DNA from: Lama glama
Lineage: Eukaryota
Length of the DNA: 64,000 nucleotides
Direction of reading: 5' to 3'
NCBI GenBank assembly: GCA_028534125.1
Contig: CM052816.1
Location: 46,998,001-47,062,000, forward strand
In this document: in pieces, positions 9,897-23,654 of the stretch
How positions within the stretch are numbered: the first letter of the stretch is position 1
Layout of the letters: every line of letters begins with the position of its first letter
Translations under genes and position numbers: made by a program
The notes under the pieces: generated by a model
What the model was told of the DNA's origin: nothing
Database searches by the model: none
What the model saw: only the letters and a program-made list of their open reading frames with translations

Positions 9897-11659
9897 TACT
9901 GGTTCTCAAAACTGAGAGGGCTCAGCACTGTTTGAAATCACTGTGGACCATTTAAGAAAGGACATTAAGGAAATGACCTTGAAGAAAAATACTGTAAATG
10001 ATGAAGGAATAGGGACATATTGTGGTTTTCTAGAATTAATATTTTGTAAGCAGAGTTCCTACAGTCATGTTCAGAAGATATTATATGTAAACACAATTAT
10101 ATATAAATATTTATTCACTATATTATTGATTATTATCAATATAATAATAACATAATAACCAAATAATAATTGGTATTATGAATTCAATATATAAATTATT
10201 ATATATTTTAATATTAATTCAGATATATTGTTTTCCTTTCTAGGTAAAAAATTATTGTGATGTTATCTAAGGGTATACCATTTTTATTATGTTTTCCTAA
10301 CAATTTTTATTGGGGAAAAATTCTTTTTAAGATGGCATACTACACCTTAACAGAATTACCAGCTCAAACTACAAATTGTGTGGGGAAAGGTCCCGTCCTG
10401 TAACTCTGTGTATGATGCTGGGATCAGGCAAGCAGCTGATGGCTTGATCAGTCAGGGGCTAACCTGAAAACTGCCGACTGCCTGGATGTGAGCCAAAGGT
10501 TGCCCTTGGGGTTGAGATAAGCCAGTTAATCTCCTGACTGAAACAACTAGTCTAGACATTGAATTGCTCTGGCACAGTACTTGTCAGGGACGTTGTGGAT
10601 TGACTACATTCTAATTTTGCCCACTGTGTCGTCCTGGAATTGCAAGGGGGGTTGGGGCAAAATTATGGCATAGTTACTAAGACTTGATGAATTCAGCAGC
10701 CAAGGGAGGGTTATACAGGGTGGAGGGAGTGTTGGGTGTGCATGATTTTTTTTAGATCAGTTCCCAGTCACCAATGGAGAGAAAACAGCTGCATAATAGG
10801 TCTAGCTTGTTTTATTCATGTGTAAGGATGTAATAAGGAATCCGTAAGCTGGTATTAGCTGTTTCTGATCCTCTGAGAGGTTCTTTTGGCTGTGAGGATC
10901 CTTAAAAGCTGTTGAGAGAGTCATTTGGGATTGCTGTATGCTGATGACTGAACTGGAAGACATACACAGAAAGGAAAGAGGACTTTCTAAAGAGCCAGCA
11001 CAAAATAAAGGCAGTCTTTGGACAGCAAGCAGAAATTTGACACAGAGTTCTCCATTATCTGATCTTTTGATAAAAGAAATCCTGAAACACAGAAAGCAGC
11101 AAAATATGTGTTGCACAGGCTTGGAAGTTTTCAGAGCAAGCATCTTCAGCCTAGAGAGAATTGAAGACTCCAACCTACAATTGGGACTTGCTTCGTTTTG
11201 ATATTTGTACCATATCCCATTCAATATTAAGCCCCTGCTTCATTTAAGTTATTTTGGGCTAGAAAGATGAACAAAGTCAGTTCTTTCCTTTAATGAATTT
11301 ACATTCCAGAAAGATGACCACATCAAATAAGAGAAGAATATCACCAAGAAAAAGATGAGCAGGCATCATTACATAGTGACTTGTAGATTACAATTGTACC
11401 TGAAATAACGGAAGGATTTGGACTCATGTAGAAATCTGTCTTCTTTCATTTTCTTGCCTTATTCTACATATTCATCTCCTCGTACTCATCTGCACCTATA
11501 GCTATGGCTTATGTTCTCTAGGTACCAAAGTTTTTCTCTCTAGCCCCTTTTCCTCACCCATGCTCACCAGCCAAATGCATAATGAATATTTTTTACAGAA
11601 ATTTCCCATAGGGACTTTGACCAGAACCCATTCTCCTACCATCTTTGGATGGGACCCAC

Positions 11660-12750
11660 TTGAGTTGCCTGCACCATCTTTCACCCAGCATTAACCCGAA
11701 CACTTGGAGTTCTCTGAAATACCTTCATTTCTCTCAATTCCATATCTAACTGGCCTCTAAGTTCAGTTGTGTCTACCTGCCTCTTGACTCCTCCTCTGTT
11801 ACAAGTTGGATTCTCTGGGACACAGATTCTGCTTTAAATCAACATCTGTGGAAGGGAAGGGAAGGGAAGGGAAGAAAGTATGACTGGGCAGGGGGGAAGG
11901 TTGAGCTGTGATGCTGACCCCATAGCCCCAGCCACAAGGATCTTGGAAACCAAAGTGGCTTTTGAGTTGTCCCACATAGAAATGTCAAAGGCTTCATCCT
12001 TAAAGAGCTTCTGGGCTGTGCATCTCCAGGTCTGTTACACCTGCCTTTCTGTTTCCTTTCAACCACTTTATTTTAGGCTTTCAAAAGTTTTGCTTGAACT
12101 TTTCCAGAAGTTTTCTAACTCTTCTCCTTCCCTTCTTCTATATAGCTTCTCTTTCAATATAAAACAAATTCATGTCACTCTGTTGCTTGCAATCTTCCAG
12201 TTACTCCTCACCTGCAGAATAAAGTCCTGACTTCATAGCATTACTTACAAGGACCTTTAGGAGTTCAGACCTGTCTACCTTTTCAGACTCATTGCTTACA
12301 ACTGTTCCTGGATCAACCCTGAGTGCCAGCAATATGGAATTTTCTGTGGTTCCCTAACTGTTCCCCGTTCTTCTTTACGTTTCTGCCCTTCTATTCCACT
12401 TACCTGGGGAGTCCGTTTTTCACCTTATTTGTCTGCTAAATTCATCCTAATCATTTTTCAAGAGTAAGCGCAAGTTTGTTTCCTTAAAATACTTCCCCCA
12501 GCATTTCTTGACAAAGTCAAGCCCTTTCATTTCTGCAGGCTCTTGTCACGAGCTATATAATTTTTTGTTTTTTATTTGTCTCAGTCTCTGTGATGTGAAA
12601 ACTCAAAAGGCCAGTAACATGTGTTTGTGCATATATATTATAGACATATAAATTCTTCTTGTATTCCCTGTGCTTAGCACAATTTCTGGCTCAAAACTGT
12701 ACTTTTTAGAATAAGAAAGAAAAAGAAAGGAGAAAAAAAGAAAGAAAGAA
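11660..12750 (+). mobile_element. L2 3' region, interrupted by an LTR16-like element
   Basis: 'cacttggagttctctga', 'tcatgtcactctgttgctt', 'cagaataaagtcctgact', 'ttgtattccctgtgcttagcaca'. Confidence 0.7.
11797..12039 (-). mobile_element. LTR16-family (ERVL) LTR, internally deleted
   Basis: 'tgttacaagttggattctctggg', 'atcaacatctgtggaagggaaggg', 'gactgggcagggggaaggttgagctgtgatgc'; ends in 'tgttaca'. Confidence 0.75.
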
Positions 12751-14422
12751 AGAAGTCCCTTTCTATACTAACTATAAACTGTGTTCTAGTCAACACCTAT
12801 AATTACTTCATTGAGGTTTTCATGAGCTCTATATTGAATTATTTTGCCAAGAGGAAGCATTAAGATTTTGTGAAATTTATTCTTGATCTCGTTTAGCCTC
12901 TGTGTGATTTTTGCATCTCTGTGAAAAAAAATCACATATCCGTAGTTATCAGCCACAACAATTTAGCCAGTGGTAAAATGAAACTGCCTGGTAGGGCCCA
13001 GAACTGAGAACCCAAACAGACCCTGAGGGTGAGCTCCCTCGAGGAGTGTTGGCAGTGGATCTTGAGAGGCCTTTGGGACAGTTGGGCAGTCAGTGGGAGA
13101 CTGACCCACAAACAGGCAAGAAATGTACGTGTCAGCAGGTGATTAGAGTAGGGCAGTGGGGAGGGAGCAGACAAGGGCTGATTCATGACTGCTGGTGGTG
13201 GAGGAGTGATTCAGGCAGAGGGAATGAAGGTTTCCTCCAGGAGATCCAGCCACAAGTAATGGACACCTGGTCACAGCGACTTGTATTCAGAGGCAGTTGA
13301 CAACCCTTGGAAGGCCTGGCCAACAAAGTGCTAGCTTTTTAGGTGCCAGGATTGAAGCAGAGAATAAAGAGGAAAATGAGTGCAGCAAGCCGGAGACGCA
13401 GGCCGTTAGGATAGGGCTGTGTGGCAGAGGCTTGGCCACGGCGGACAGGGTGAGCACCCAGCACGGAAAGCAGAGGCAGCGTCACAGCGGGGCTGGCAGG
13501 AGTTGACTCCGCGTAGACAGACTAAATGTGGCCTCTGCTGTCTCCTCTGGTGTAGGTATGGAAGCTGTTTGGCAAAGGCTTGAAGCCATAGCTTGTGAGA
13601 ATGACCCTCAGTACTGGAGAGATAAGGTACAATAAATCAAACTTCATTTTAGTCAAGATCCAGGGGACTTACAGTGTCAAAAGTTTCTCCCACTAGTAAT
13701 GATGAACTATCAAGAAATACCAAAAGGTCTGGTGGACTAATTTACTTTTTGACTGCATTGAAAACCAATTCCTCAAAAAGCCGCGTCCTGACTGTGCTTT
13801 GACCTGTATATTCCGTACAATTCAGAAGAGCGAAGAAGCACGTTTTACCCGCCCCTCCAAGCCAAGCCTGAGGGGAGAGAAGCACCGCAGGAGGTAAGAG
13901 AAGGGCCAGGCTGACTTCTCAAGGAGGAGGAACAACAGCAAACATAGTGATGAGGTCGCTTTGTTTTATGTTCAAACTGGGTCTTTACTCTCTGACTGCA
14001 CTTCTAATGTAGAGTTCAGGACAGGCCTGGAGCAGGGCGAGCAAGAGCAAGTCCCCTTGATCTGCACCCTCCCCTCAGGATCAAGTGACCTCAGAGCTGG
14101 GCTGTCGTCAGGGAGAGCAGGTGCATGAGGCCGGGGCTGGGGTGGGCCGGGGAAGAACAGGAACACAGAATGACCGCCTGGGCTGTCTCTGGCATTTGTG
14201 TGGCAGATTGCTTCTGTTTGTCTTCCAGGATAGAAATTATTCTTCCTGATCATGGGATGGCTTTGTGATGTATGGTCCTGGTTGAACTCCCTCGCCCAGA
14301 ATTCCCTCTTTAGGCTTCTGGTTCATGTGGGCTTTGAGAAAGTTTCTCCCACATGAGCTGGAGAGCGGAAAGGAGGCAACAGCCACTTTGTAGCACACAC
14401 CTCCCCCCAGGTACTTGCTCAA

Positions 14423-14862
14423 GTAGGAGTTTAGGACTTCAGTGAAGGAATTTTCCAGATGTAATCAAGCCCCCAATCAATTGATTCTGAGTTAATCAAA
14501 ATAGCCCGGGTGATCCTGACCTAATCAGGGTCAAGTACTCTAAAGAGGGAGCAGGCCATCCCTGAGGTGTGGAGACTCCAGGCAGAAGGGAAAACTCTAA
14601 AACAGTCTACATTCACCTCCTTGGGATGAAGTGCCAGCCGAGTCTATGATAGATGGCCCTCCCTCTCCCTAGATCTTCATTCAGTTTCTGATTCGCTGAG
14701 CCAGCTGCCTGTGTTTAGCTCCAGTGAGGGGCCCCCAATTCTGCAAGATATCCTTGTCACCAAGGTCAGAGACTACAAGAATAGACATGTTTTAGTCTAT
14801 TGTTGTTTGGATCCAGCCTGTTTGTGATCTTCATGCCTGACTGCCTGTGTACTTTGGGTTTA
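14423..14862 (+). mobile_element. ERVL-class LTR fragment (MLT2- or MLT1E-like)
   Basis: 'ggaattttccagatgtaatcaagcccccaatcaattgattctgagttaatcaaaa...cctgacctaatcagg'. Subfamily uncertain. Confidence 0.6.
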
Positions 14863-15948
14863 CCTATTTTATATATAGTAGTGTGTATCTGCAAATTTAT
14901 CCCTCCACGCCCACTTCCTCTTGGTAACCATGTTTGTTTTCTGTGTTTGTAAGTCTGTTTCTCTTTTGTAAATGAGTTCATTTGTGTCATTTTTTAAAGA
15001 TTCCACATACAAGTAGTATTGTATGGTATTTTTCTTTCTCTTTCTGGCTTACTTCACTTAGTATGACAATCTCCAGGTCCACCCACATTACTGCAAGTGG
15101 TATTATTTTATTTTATTTTTTATAGATGAGTAGTATTCCATTGTATAAACATACCACAACTTCTTTATCTAATCATCTGTTGATGGACATTTAAGTTGCT
15201 TCCATGTCTTGGCTATTGTAAATAGTGCTGCTATGAACATTGAGGTGCATGTATCTTTTTGAGTTAGCATTTCAATCAGATATATGACCAGGAGTGAGAC
15301 TGTTGGATCATATGCAACTCTATTTTCAGTTTTTTAAGGAATCTCCATATTGTTCTCCATAATGGCTGCTCCAATTTACATTCTCAACAGTGCAGGAGGG
15401 TTCCCTTTTCTCCACACCCTCTCCAGAATTTATCATTTGTGTACTTTTTAATGATGGCCATACTGACTGGTATGAGGTGATACCTCATTGCAGTTTTGAC
15501 TTGTGTTTCTCTGATAGTTAGCTATATTGAGCATTTTTCATTTATCTATTGGCGGTTTGTATGTCTTCATTGGAAAAATATTTGTTTAAATCTTCTGCCC
15601 ATTTTTGTATTGAGTTGTTTGGTTTTGTTTTCTTTTCTTGTTATTGAGTTGTATGAACTGTTTGTATATTCTGCAAATTAAGCCCTTGTCAGTCACATCA
15701 TTTGCAAATATTTTCTCCCATTCTGTAGGTTGTCTTTTTGTTTTGTTTATCGTTTCCTTTGCTGTGCAAAAGCTTATAAGTTTAATTAGGTCCCATTTGT
15801 TTATTTTTGCTTTTATTTTTATTGCCTTGGTAGACTCCCCTAAGAGAACATTGCTAAGATTTATGTCCGAGAATGTTTTGCCTTTGTTTTCTTCTAGGAG
15901 GTTTATAGTGTCTTCTTTCATGTTTAAGTCTTTAAGCCATTTTGAATT
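14858..15948 (-). mobile_element. L1 fragment (ORF2 C-terminal region and partial 3' UTR), artiodactyl type
   Basis: ORF 15586-15921(-) reads INKWDLIKLISFCTAKETINKTKRQPTEWEKIFAND, which is L1 ORF2; typical antisense 3' region; 5'-truncated, no poly(A) tail visible. Confidence 0.95.
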
Positions 15949-18900
15949 TAACAGTTCTAATTTAAATTAATCAACAGTAGGTGACATGTTCCAGCCTGGC
16001 CATGCTCTAAAAATATTTAACCTCTTAATCAATGAAAGTCAATGCTGAAAAGTCTACATCTAGACAAATATTTTTCCCCTGTGAGCAACAATAGGAATAG
16101 AATCCTAAAATAAAGGGACAATTTTGGAAATAACAGTAATTTTTAAATGGAAGGGGAAAAGGTTGAAAAGATGTGCTTGGCATTAATATCTAACTCTCCA
16201 TTGTTTTTCTGCTCTTCTGGCCTTCATGCAAACTGGGAAAGCCCACAGCCCATGTAGAGTGGAGCTATGCTATAATACATTCACTATGGCCATGGTGGGT
16301 GTTGTGGGAGCAGGGCCCACAAGGAGAGAGCATCTGAACTAAGCAGGGCCAAGGAAGGTCCTCCCCAGGACATCTTATTCCTGCCCCTAGGGCTGAGGAC
16401 CATTCCCTCCCACATGGTGAAGCTCTGGGAGGTGTGTTGATGGTGGTTCACATCATGTCTTCCAGAGGGTGGGGGAACATCTGCCATAGGAGCAAATAAA
16501 ACTACTCTTTAAAGAGATGAAGGAAAAGGACCAGTGAAGAGAGGTGCCTAGTAGTTCCAGTGGGTGGTTCCAGCTGAACTTGAAGCCCTGCCCCCTCTGA
16601 GGGGAGTTAATTTTTAGATTACTATAAATTGCATTTCAAAGAAAACTAAAGGCCTCTGGAGAATAGGGCTCTCTCTTTCTCCATCTCCCCTTTTGCATTC
16701 CAGGATGGGAAGTTTTGGGTCAGGAGTCCATCTGTTCAGGGGCCAGGCCAGAACTTGCATGTCGTAGCCTGAAGAGACTTAGGAGGACTGGGATCCCCCT
16801 GCTGGTTAATCCTTACGCAGAATGGGCAGGACCATGAGAACTGGAGGTGAGAACTAGTGTGTACTTGCTGTGAAGTTTTTTCTTGGAATGGAAGGGCAAA
16901 AACTGGGGAAAAGTTATGGAAGAAGAAAGTGTTTTGAGAAATTTTAAATGCCCCCTATTATTTTGTAGTTGTGAGATGGGTTGAGTTTGAATTGGTAAAC
17001 TCTCAGAGGGCATCTGTAAGCATTTAGAAAAGGATGGTTAATTTGCAGCAGATACTAGCTTTTGTGCAAAGGCAGAAAGATATGCTGTAACATATGATGC
17101 AGATCACTTTAGAGTAATTGAACCGTGGCTTTCACATGCTTTGCATCCTAAGCTTATCTCTATCTGAAGCCCGTGGAAAGTCTCCTCCCATTTACATAAC
17201 AGGGCAAGAGATTATTACAACTAAAATTAGATCCACGAATTGCTATGCATAGTGCTTTGTAGCATAATCAAATTATGACAAAATAGCCTTTATTTCTTTA
17301 TAGCTATATAATATAGTTAAGTTCTTTAGTAATTTGTTTGGAAGTTAAGGAGTGGCAGTACTATCTTATTATATTAAAGCATCGCTGATTTTTGGCCAAA
17401 TTGACAACCTTGCTTGATTGTTCTTTAGAGATGCTTGTTTGAAGAAAGGGAAGGATCCTGATAAGGTCTAATTTGTTTTTCTTTCTTTGCCCCTGCCCCT
17501 GCCTTTTTAAAAAATGTGGGCCATTGCTCTAGAGTTCTTCCTGCTCACCCTTATCACTTATCCTGATAATACCATCCTGAGAAAGTGGTTCCTGTTCATT
17601 TGATATGACCAGATAAAGTCAAAAGCCCTGTGCTTTCCCAGCGCAGGAGAATCTTGAGCTGTTTTCTCCAGATTCCGAACAGGGCAAAGCACAAAAACCT
17701 TGACATTAGTTAAATTCTTATTGTAAAGATGTCAACGTGGGAGGGGAGGAAAAACAACCAAATTGTCGAGGAAAGAAATGAGGAAGTGAGGGCGAGGGGA
17801 ACATGGAAATCAAGACTGAGTAACAGGACCAAACCAACAGAAGGAAGGGCAATGCATTACAAGGATATGGCTATGCGGAAAGAGGAGAGAAAGGGGAAAT
17901 ATCACCCAATGGCAGCTTATCACATGCCCGGAAGTGTGGGGCTGAGAGTTTCTCGATGGCTCTGTTGAGCAGAATCCCTCACCCCCACCCCATTCTTTAT
18001 TACCATTAATGCTAAAGGTAGCGGGAGCTGCAGAGGTGGCATTTTCTTCTGATGTAATTTTCAGTTACTGAACTCAGTTACTGACTCTTCAGAGCCTGAG
18101 GGAGGACGAGCCGTTGTTAACTTTTCACTTTTCTCTTCAACCTCATTAGATTTCTCAGGCTATAGTTCTAGACCTAAAGCACTGCGCTGTGGCTAAACTA
18201 TGTAAAATAACGTTTGGAGGGGAAAGCAACACCTGCGAAAATGTCACACAAATTTCAGCTCCAGTTGTTGTGGCTGGTGATGTCACCACATGAAATCCTG
18301 GTGCAGAAAATGCGAGTAATAGGGTATTCAATTTGTCACGGGCTTCATGGAAGCCACAGCCTGTGACTTCCTCCCTGGCACCCTGCGGTGCGGTGATGAA
18401 CCAGAAAGGCTTCTCGTCTGGTGGCACCTTTATATGCGTGTTCAATGGGCAGCGCGGCCATGCAGACATTAGCCTCACTGAGGCAGTGTCTGAAAGGGGG
18501 CTGCTAACTGGTGTTAGTCCACAGTGGGCAGAGGGATTCTGATTTCATCAGTGCGGATCACTTATTTCCCCCAGGGGGAGATTCTGTACAAAAAAATGGC
18601 ATTTTTGGACTTCTTGAGAACAACTAAACTCTGGAATGAGAACTCTGTATGGCTGACTCTGAGCAATAATGTCAATGTGTTAGAAAGGTTATATAATGAC
18701 CCTGTGCCCTGACTCTGCTTCTCTGTGTCTTCTAGGGCAGCGTTTCTCTGTTGGACCCTGGTTGAATGACCTTGTCCTAAATGGGCAGGCAAACCAGGAA
18801 GGTTTTACTGCCTCCGACTCACTCAGCTGCTCATAGTCTCTGTGCCTTTGTTTTCTCTCCTCTGGTGCTGTATTCTGTCCTTGAAGTGACATAGAAACAT

Positions 18901-19714
18901 TTAAAAACCACCTACATGGGACAAGTCCCTCTGTTGAAGGGTGTACCCCTAACTGGACCCACCATTTGCTCAGTGGGTGGCACTGCCTGTGTAGCCCCAC
19001 TGAGCTTCCTCTCTGCAGCAGAAACTGGGGATATATGCGGATGGCTCCCTGCCCTTCATCCTGGATATTTGCTTTATTTGAGATGCCAGCTGCGTAAGAA
19101 TCCTTCTGAAGGATATATAATGATACAAGAATTACTTAAAAAAAAAAACAAACTTGGCTTGAAGAATAGCTAAAACATTTTACATTTTATTGTTCTTAAC
19201 TAACAAGGTGGTGAGAGACAATTAGATTTATTTGATAGTAGACAAACACACCAGGTTTCCTTTGGGTTTGTGCTAGAGGAGTATTTTACAAACTTTAAAA
19301 AAATATTTAGTAAGAAATACATTTGACATTATGATGCATTTATTGCAATGTACACAGTTCTTGTTAAGAAACCAAGTGATCTGATTGTTTCTATTCTATC
19401 CCATTTGTTTATTTCATTAAAAAATGCTAGTTATGACCTACTACATTTGTTTCATTATCCACCAATGGGTAGTGACACACAATTTGTAAATGCCCTTTCT
19501 ATAATTTTGAGGAACATAAGCATGAAGGATAAGAAAAAAATTCAATTTAATGGAAATTAAGTAGTAGACTTATGGGTCTAAATTCTAAACACACAGTAGG
19601 CATTTTGTTCTTGTTATTTTAAGTATTGAATTTAATTGCTGATTATTATCTTTAAAGATATTGGTGATAACTTGTTATACTGACTGCAACATGGGGTTTC
19701 AAACCAGTTTGTGA

Positions 19715-19900
19715 GTAAACACAGCATTAAGGCACTTTATGGCTATTATCTTATTTAACGTACAAATAACACTGGGAGATAGATAAATGGTTTATCAGAT
19801 GAGGAAGCTGTGAGTAAGAGCCAGGCAATTTGCTTCAAATCACAGGAGACTTAGTAAGTAGTTGAGCAGAGATCTCCAGTGCTGTGACTTGCCCTCTAGT
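19715..19900 (-). mobile_element. MIR
   Basis: 'tttatcagatgaggaagctgtgag...aatttgcttcaaatcacag' is an antisense MIR core. Confidence 0.7.
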
Positions 19901-20760
19901 CCACAGGTCCTTAACTGAGGCTCAGCAAGGGCCAGGACTGGGCAGAGGAGGGTGTTTGTGTGTGAAGTGGCAGGGGCCTATCAGAATCACCAGGGGAGAT
20001 TTTTCCAATCATACTTTCTCCGTCCCCATCCTCCCAAATTCCATGCCACAACTGACGGCTGCTTAGACTAAAGGAAAAGGAAAGGTGGCTGATCTAGCTT
20101 TAATGCTCCAAATAGACCTCACCTCGACACCTCCCCAAGTTGACATTTCTATATCATAATGGTTTGTTAGGTAAGTTTTCCCTAATGACTCAGTACACAC
20201 CATAGGCAGCTTGAAAGGTATACCAATTAATTGTGGAAATCTAAAAAATTAAATAAAAACACAATTTATCAACATTTCTAAAGATAAAATTAAAACTCGG
20301 AGGTATTACTGCTTCTAATAAAGAAGCCATTCATAAGGAAAGCAAGTCATTATACTGAGAGTACAATGGCCAACAAAAGACACCCCCTTCTCATTCCCTA
20401 GTGACCCAGTTGTTGGACGGGAGCTGTTGTTTATTGTAAGCAGGCTCAAGTCAACGAAACTGGGCCTGGGATAGGGTATATGGAGTAGACAGGTGAATGA
20501 ATGCACACAAAAGAGTCTATTCATTTGTAGACCGTGTATGGACATAAGCTGCAATATGAGGCACATTCAATAAGTATTTCATTTGCCAAAGAGCTGGTTT
20601 ATAAGCAAATGAAAGAAACAAAATCTAGAAAAGAGAAGCATAAAAGTTGACATACAGCTAAAAATATAAGTAGGTTAAATAGACACCTTTTTTGGAGTTC
20701 AAAGATTATTTAGTTTAAAAAAGTTTAACTTAACAAGGGATATTGAAAATTGGAGTTAGT

Positions 20761-20808
20761 AAAGAAGAAGGAAGAGGAAGAGGAGACAGAGAAGAAGGAG
20801 AAGAGAAA
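20761..20808. repeat. GA-rich low-complexity tract
   Basis: Directly visible (GAA/GAG repeats). Confidence 0.85.
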
Positions 20809-21269
20809 CATATCAAAGAATGTTACTGGATAATTTTTGAATCATTTTTCAAATCCAAAATATTTTCTGGTTGAATTTTCTGAATAGTAGTCATTTAAAG
20901 ACTCCACCATATTGGCAGTCAACTGATAATAAATCAATTTTTTTTTGGTATAAAGGTTTTAATGTATCAGTATTCTTTTTTTCCCCCTATAAAAGCAGAA
21001 TGCAGGGTTAGGAAAGTATGTTTTACATTTTGATGATAGAATAAATGATGTGTGCCAAATTAAACTTTTGGGGAGTTCATGATTTAGGAATTCTTTAAAT
21101 GTCTTTTCTGGAATTGCTTTATTTGGTTATGAGCTCTCAGAGATAAGAAACAGTCTTGAAAATACAGTCAAGAGTCTAATTATTTAAGGAGAACCTAGTA
21201 TATTTCTCTGCCTCCAGTTCCTTCACTGAATCAAGGAGACGTCCTCCTATTCCATATGGTACTTACAGC

Positions 21270-21650
21270 AGCAGGTTGGCGTGGTGACCATCACTGCTGC
21301 TCACCAGTGTTGTCAACTCTCCTTGCCTTCCAGCATCTGAGATAACCCCTTCCCACCTCCTTGCATGCAGGGGCAGCCGGTGTGGCTTTCTTTGGCCAAG
21401 ATCCAGCGGTGAAGTGCACCATTTCCAGGTGGCATTAGGAGCCTGTGGAGGACTTCTCCTGCTTTCTCTTCTTCTTCTGTGTTTTCCTTCCTGTGTTCCT
21501 ATGGAAAGTGCTTCAGCTGGTTGTCCATAGAGGGCAGGCTCCCAGGAGCTTAAATCTTAGAGTGAACAAGAAATAACGTTTGTTGTGTTATTCACTGAGA
21601 CCTGGGGGCTGTTTGTTACCATAGCATAACTAAGACCATCCTATCACAGT
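21270..21650 (+). mobile_element. MaLR LTR (MLT1I/H-like)
   Basis: 3' end 'aagaaataacgtttgttgtgttattcactgagacctgggggctgtttgttaccatagcataact' matches the recalled MLT1 terminus. Confidence 0.75.
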
Positions 21651-22290
21651 GGGTAAGTCAAAAATGTTGGTTAAAGAACCTTAAAACATAGTAAATAACT
21701 CTAAAAGTTCTTTTAAATTTATAAACAGTAGGTATATATAAACTAACCAGTACTTTAGTTACAAGCCAAAGGCTTTTCTTTGATTACGAATTTGCTGACT
21801 GGAGCTCCATATTGTCTTTTGTGCATTACCACATAACTCATGGTTTATATATGGTTTTCCTTGGAGCAAGAATGTGAAGACATGGGTGAAGCAATCTGTG
21901 TGCAGATTCTTCTGGCTTTTTATGTTACCTCCTTGCAAACATTTTACAGTTGTCTCCCCTAATAAACCTACTCTGACAGGATTTTTTAATAGAGATTTAT
22001 CTTTATTAAGTCTTCCCAAAACACTCTCCTAATTTTTCACAGAAACATTGCTCATTCTTTTTCACATTCATATTTTATCAGCTGATGTGGTATTTAATTA
22101 AATTGTGTGGTTTTAATAACAGGCACAAATGGCAGAAAAATGTAGGAATAAACCTAATAGATTCTTAACAAGCATATAATTCACCTGGTTGGAGTAGAAG
22201 CTTGAAGAATACTAGGCAATAGACTCATGGTCACGGCTTTTGATGCAGAGGGCATCAGTCCAGCCTTTACACGGGTGACTAGAGTATCAG

Positions 22291-22845
22291 TGTAGTGGAC
22301 ACAAACCTCTTGCATCTTCTAAGTTTCCCTAGATGACCTTCCTCCTTCTTTCTCTTGCGCGGCTCCCACTCACAGCAAGTCATCTTTCCACTTTGCAGTA
22401 AATGAAAGGCCATACTGCAGGTGTGGGATCTGGCTTCTTCAGGGGTTACCAAGGGGCCTGATAATGCAGCTTGGAAGTTCTGGGAAGGCATCTCCTGGAA
22501 CAGTGAATCATGACCGACAGGAAATGAGAGCTGGGAGGAGTCAGCTGGTGAATCCCGCTCCCTTCTTCCCTCCATAAACGCAGCCAAGTGAGCTTCTCCT
22601 AGCAACCTCTCAGGAGAAAGTCCTTTGTGCTGAGTAAACAGGTATGTTCAGTGAACTGCACATCTCTTTGGAGCCCAATGTGAAGTGGTGACCATCATGA
22701 TGATGATTTGCATTACGCCACAGTTTTTCGTTGCCTCACTTCTCCCTTTCTGCTCCTCTTCATCACCCCGGGCTTCTATTTCCCTAGTGTCACCACTTTA
22801 ATCTCTGCCTCAGGCTCTGCCTTCTAGGAGAAACACACAAAGACA
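22291..22845 (+). mobile_element. LTR16/LTR33-like ERVL LTR
   Basis: Starts 'tgtagtggac' and ends 'ctctgcctcaggctctgccttctaggagaaacacacaaagaca'; flanks atcag/gtcaa are a possible decayed 5-bp TSD. Confidence 0.6.
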
Positions 22846-23129
22846 GTCAATTAATCGGGTGAGCCAGTTACACAGAGGTTTATTTTAAAAGCTTCTTTGG
22901 AAGAGTCTTAGTGTCAGGCAAGGAGGGATTCAGGCCCAGAGGCGTGGTGGAATATCTACAGTGATTTACAGTTTGTAGGGCTTATCTAGGGAATACAACA
23001 CATATTGAGACATCTAAAATTAATATAAGTCCTGAAGGACAGAGATGAAAAAATAGATCACTATAGAAAACAAGGTTTCTAGTCTGATAGGAAAGCAGAG
23101 CATAAAGAAGGAGTAATAACACTATTCCT

Positions 23130-23352
23130 AAAAATAATAACCAACATTTAGTGATTCTTACCATGTTTCAGCAACTATGTTAAGCACTTTACAACATTTA
23201 TTTAATTGTTATAACAACCCTCTGAGCTAGGCACTGTTAATGTTACCAATTTTCAGATGAAGAAACTGAGGCTTAGGAAACTTCAGAGGTTTTCCAGTAG
23301 TCACCCAGCTAGGAAATGGTGAAGATTCCAACACAGACAGTTTGACTCCTAA
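23130..23352 (-). mobile_element. MIR
   Basis: 'taagcactttaca...aacaaccctctgag...attttcagatgaagaaactgaggcttagg...gtcacccagctagg'. Confidence 0.9.
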
Positions 23353-23654
23353 CTACAGAGTAAGAGAGGGCCAGAAAATATTTCAGTGGAGCACAAGGCA
23401 CATGATAAAAATCGAGTGCAGTCCCAAGAAACAGGAACAATATCTCAGGTCCACTTGGTCAAGTAGAACACCTAGGGATGACTGTTGAACGCAGGGTCTG
23501 AGGCCCTTTCAACCACTGCTCTGCACTGAATGGAAGCCGCCTCCAAAGATAGTAAATCAGAGCTAGCTGGTTTAAACCTACTCCTTTAGAGAGAGCCTGT
23601 TTCTGCTTTTTATAATAATTCCTAAAGATCCCTAGACCTTTGTGATTTTATTGT

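Noticed and set aside
10378..10800. Possible ancient LTR
   Set aside because: The composition is LTR-like, but I could not match a family, termini or TSD.
12980..13520. Purine-rich segment as an exon or LTR
   Set aside because: The ORFs are uninformative and I recognised no diagnostic repeat motif; left unannotated.
13695..13795. Box C/D snoRNA (ATGATGA ... CTGA)
   Set aside because: No terminal stem, no convincing C'/D' boxes and no recognisable rRNA guide.
15586..15921. 111-aa ORF as a functional CDS
   Set aside because: It is a fragment of L1 ORF2 within a truncated, disrupted L1.
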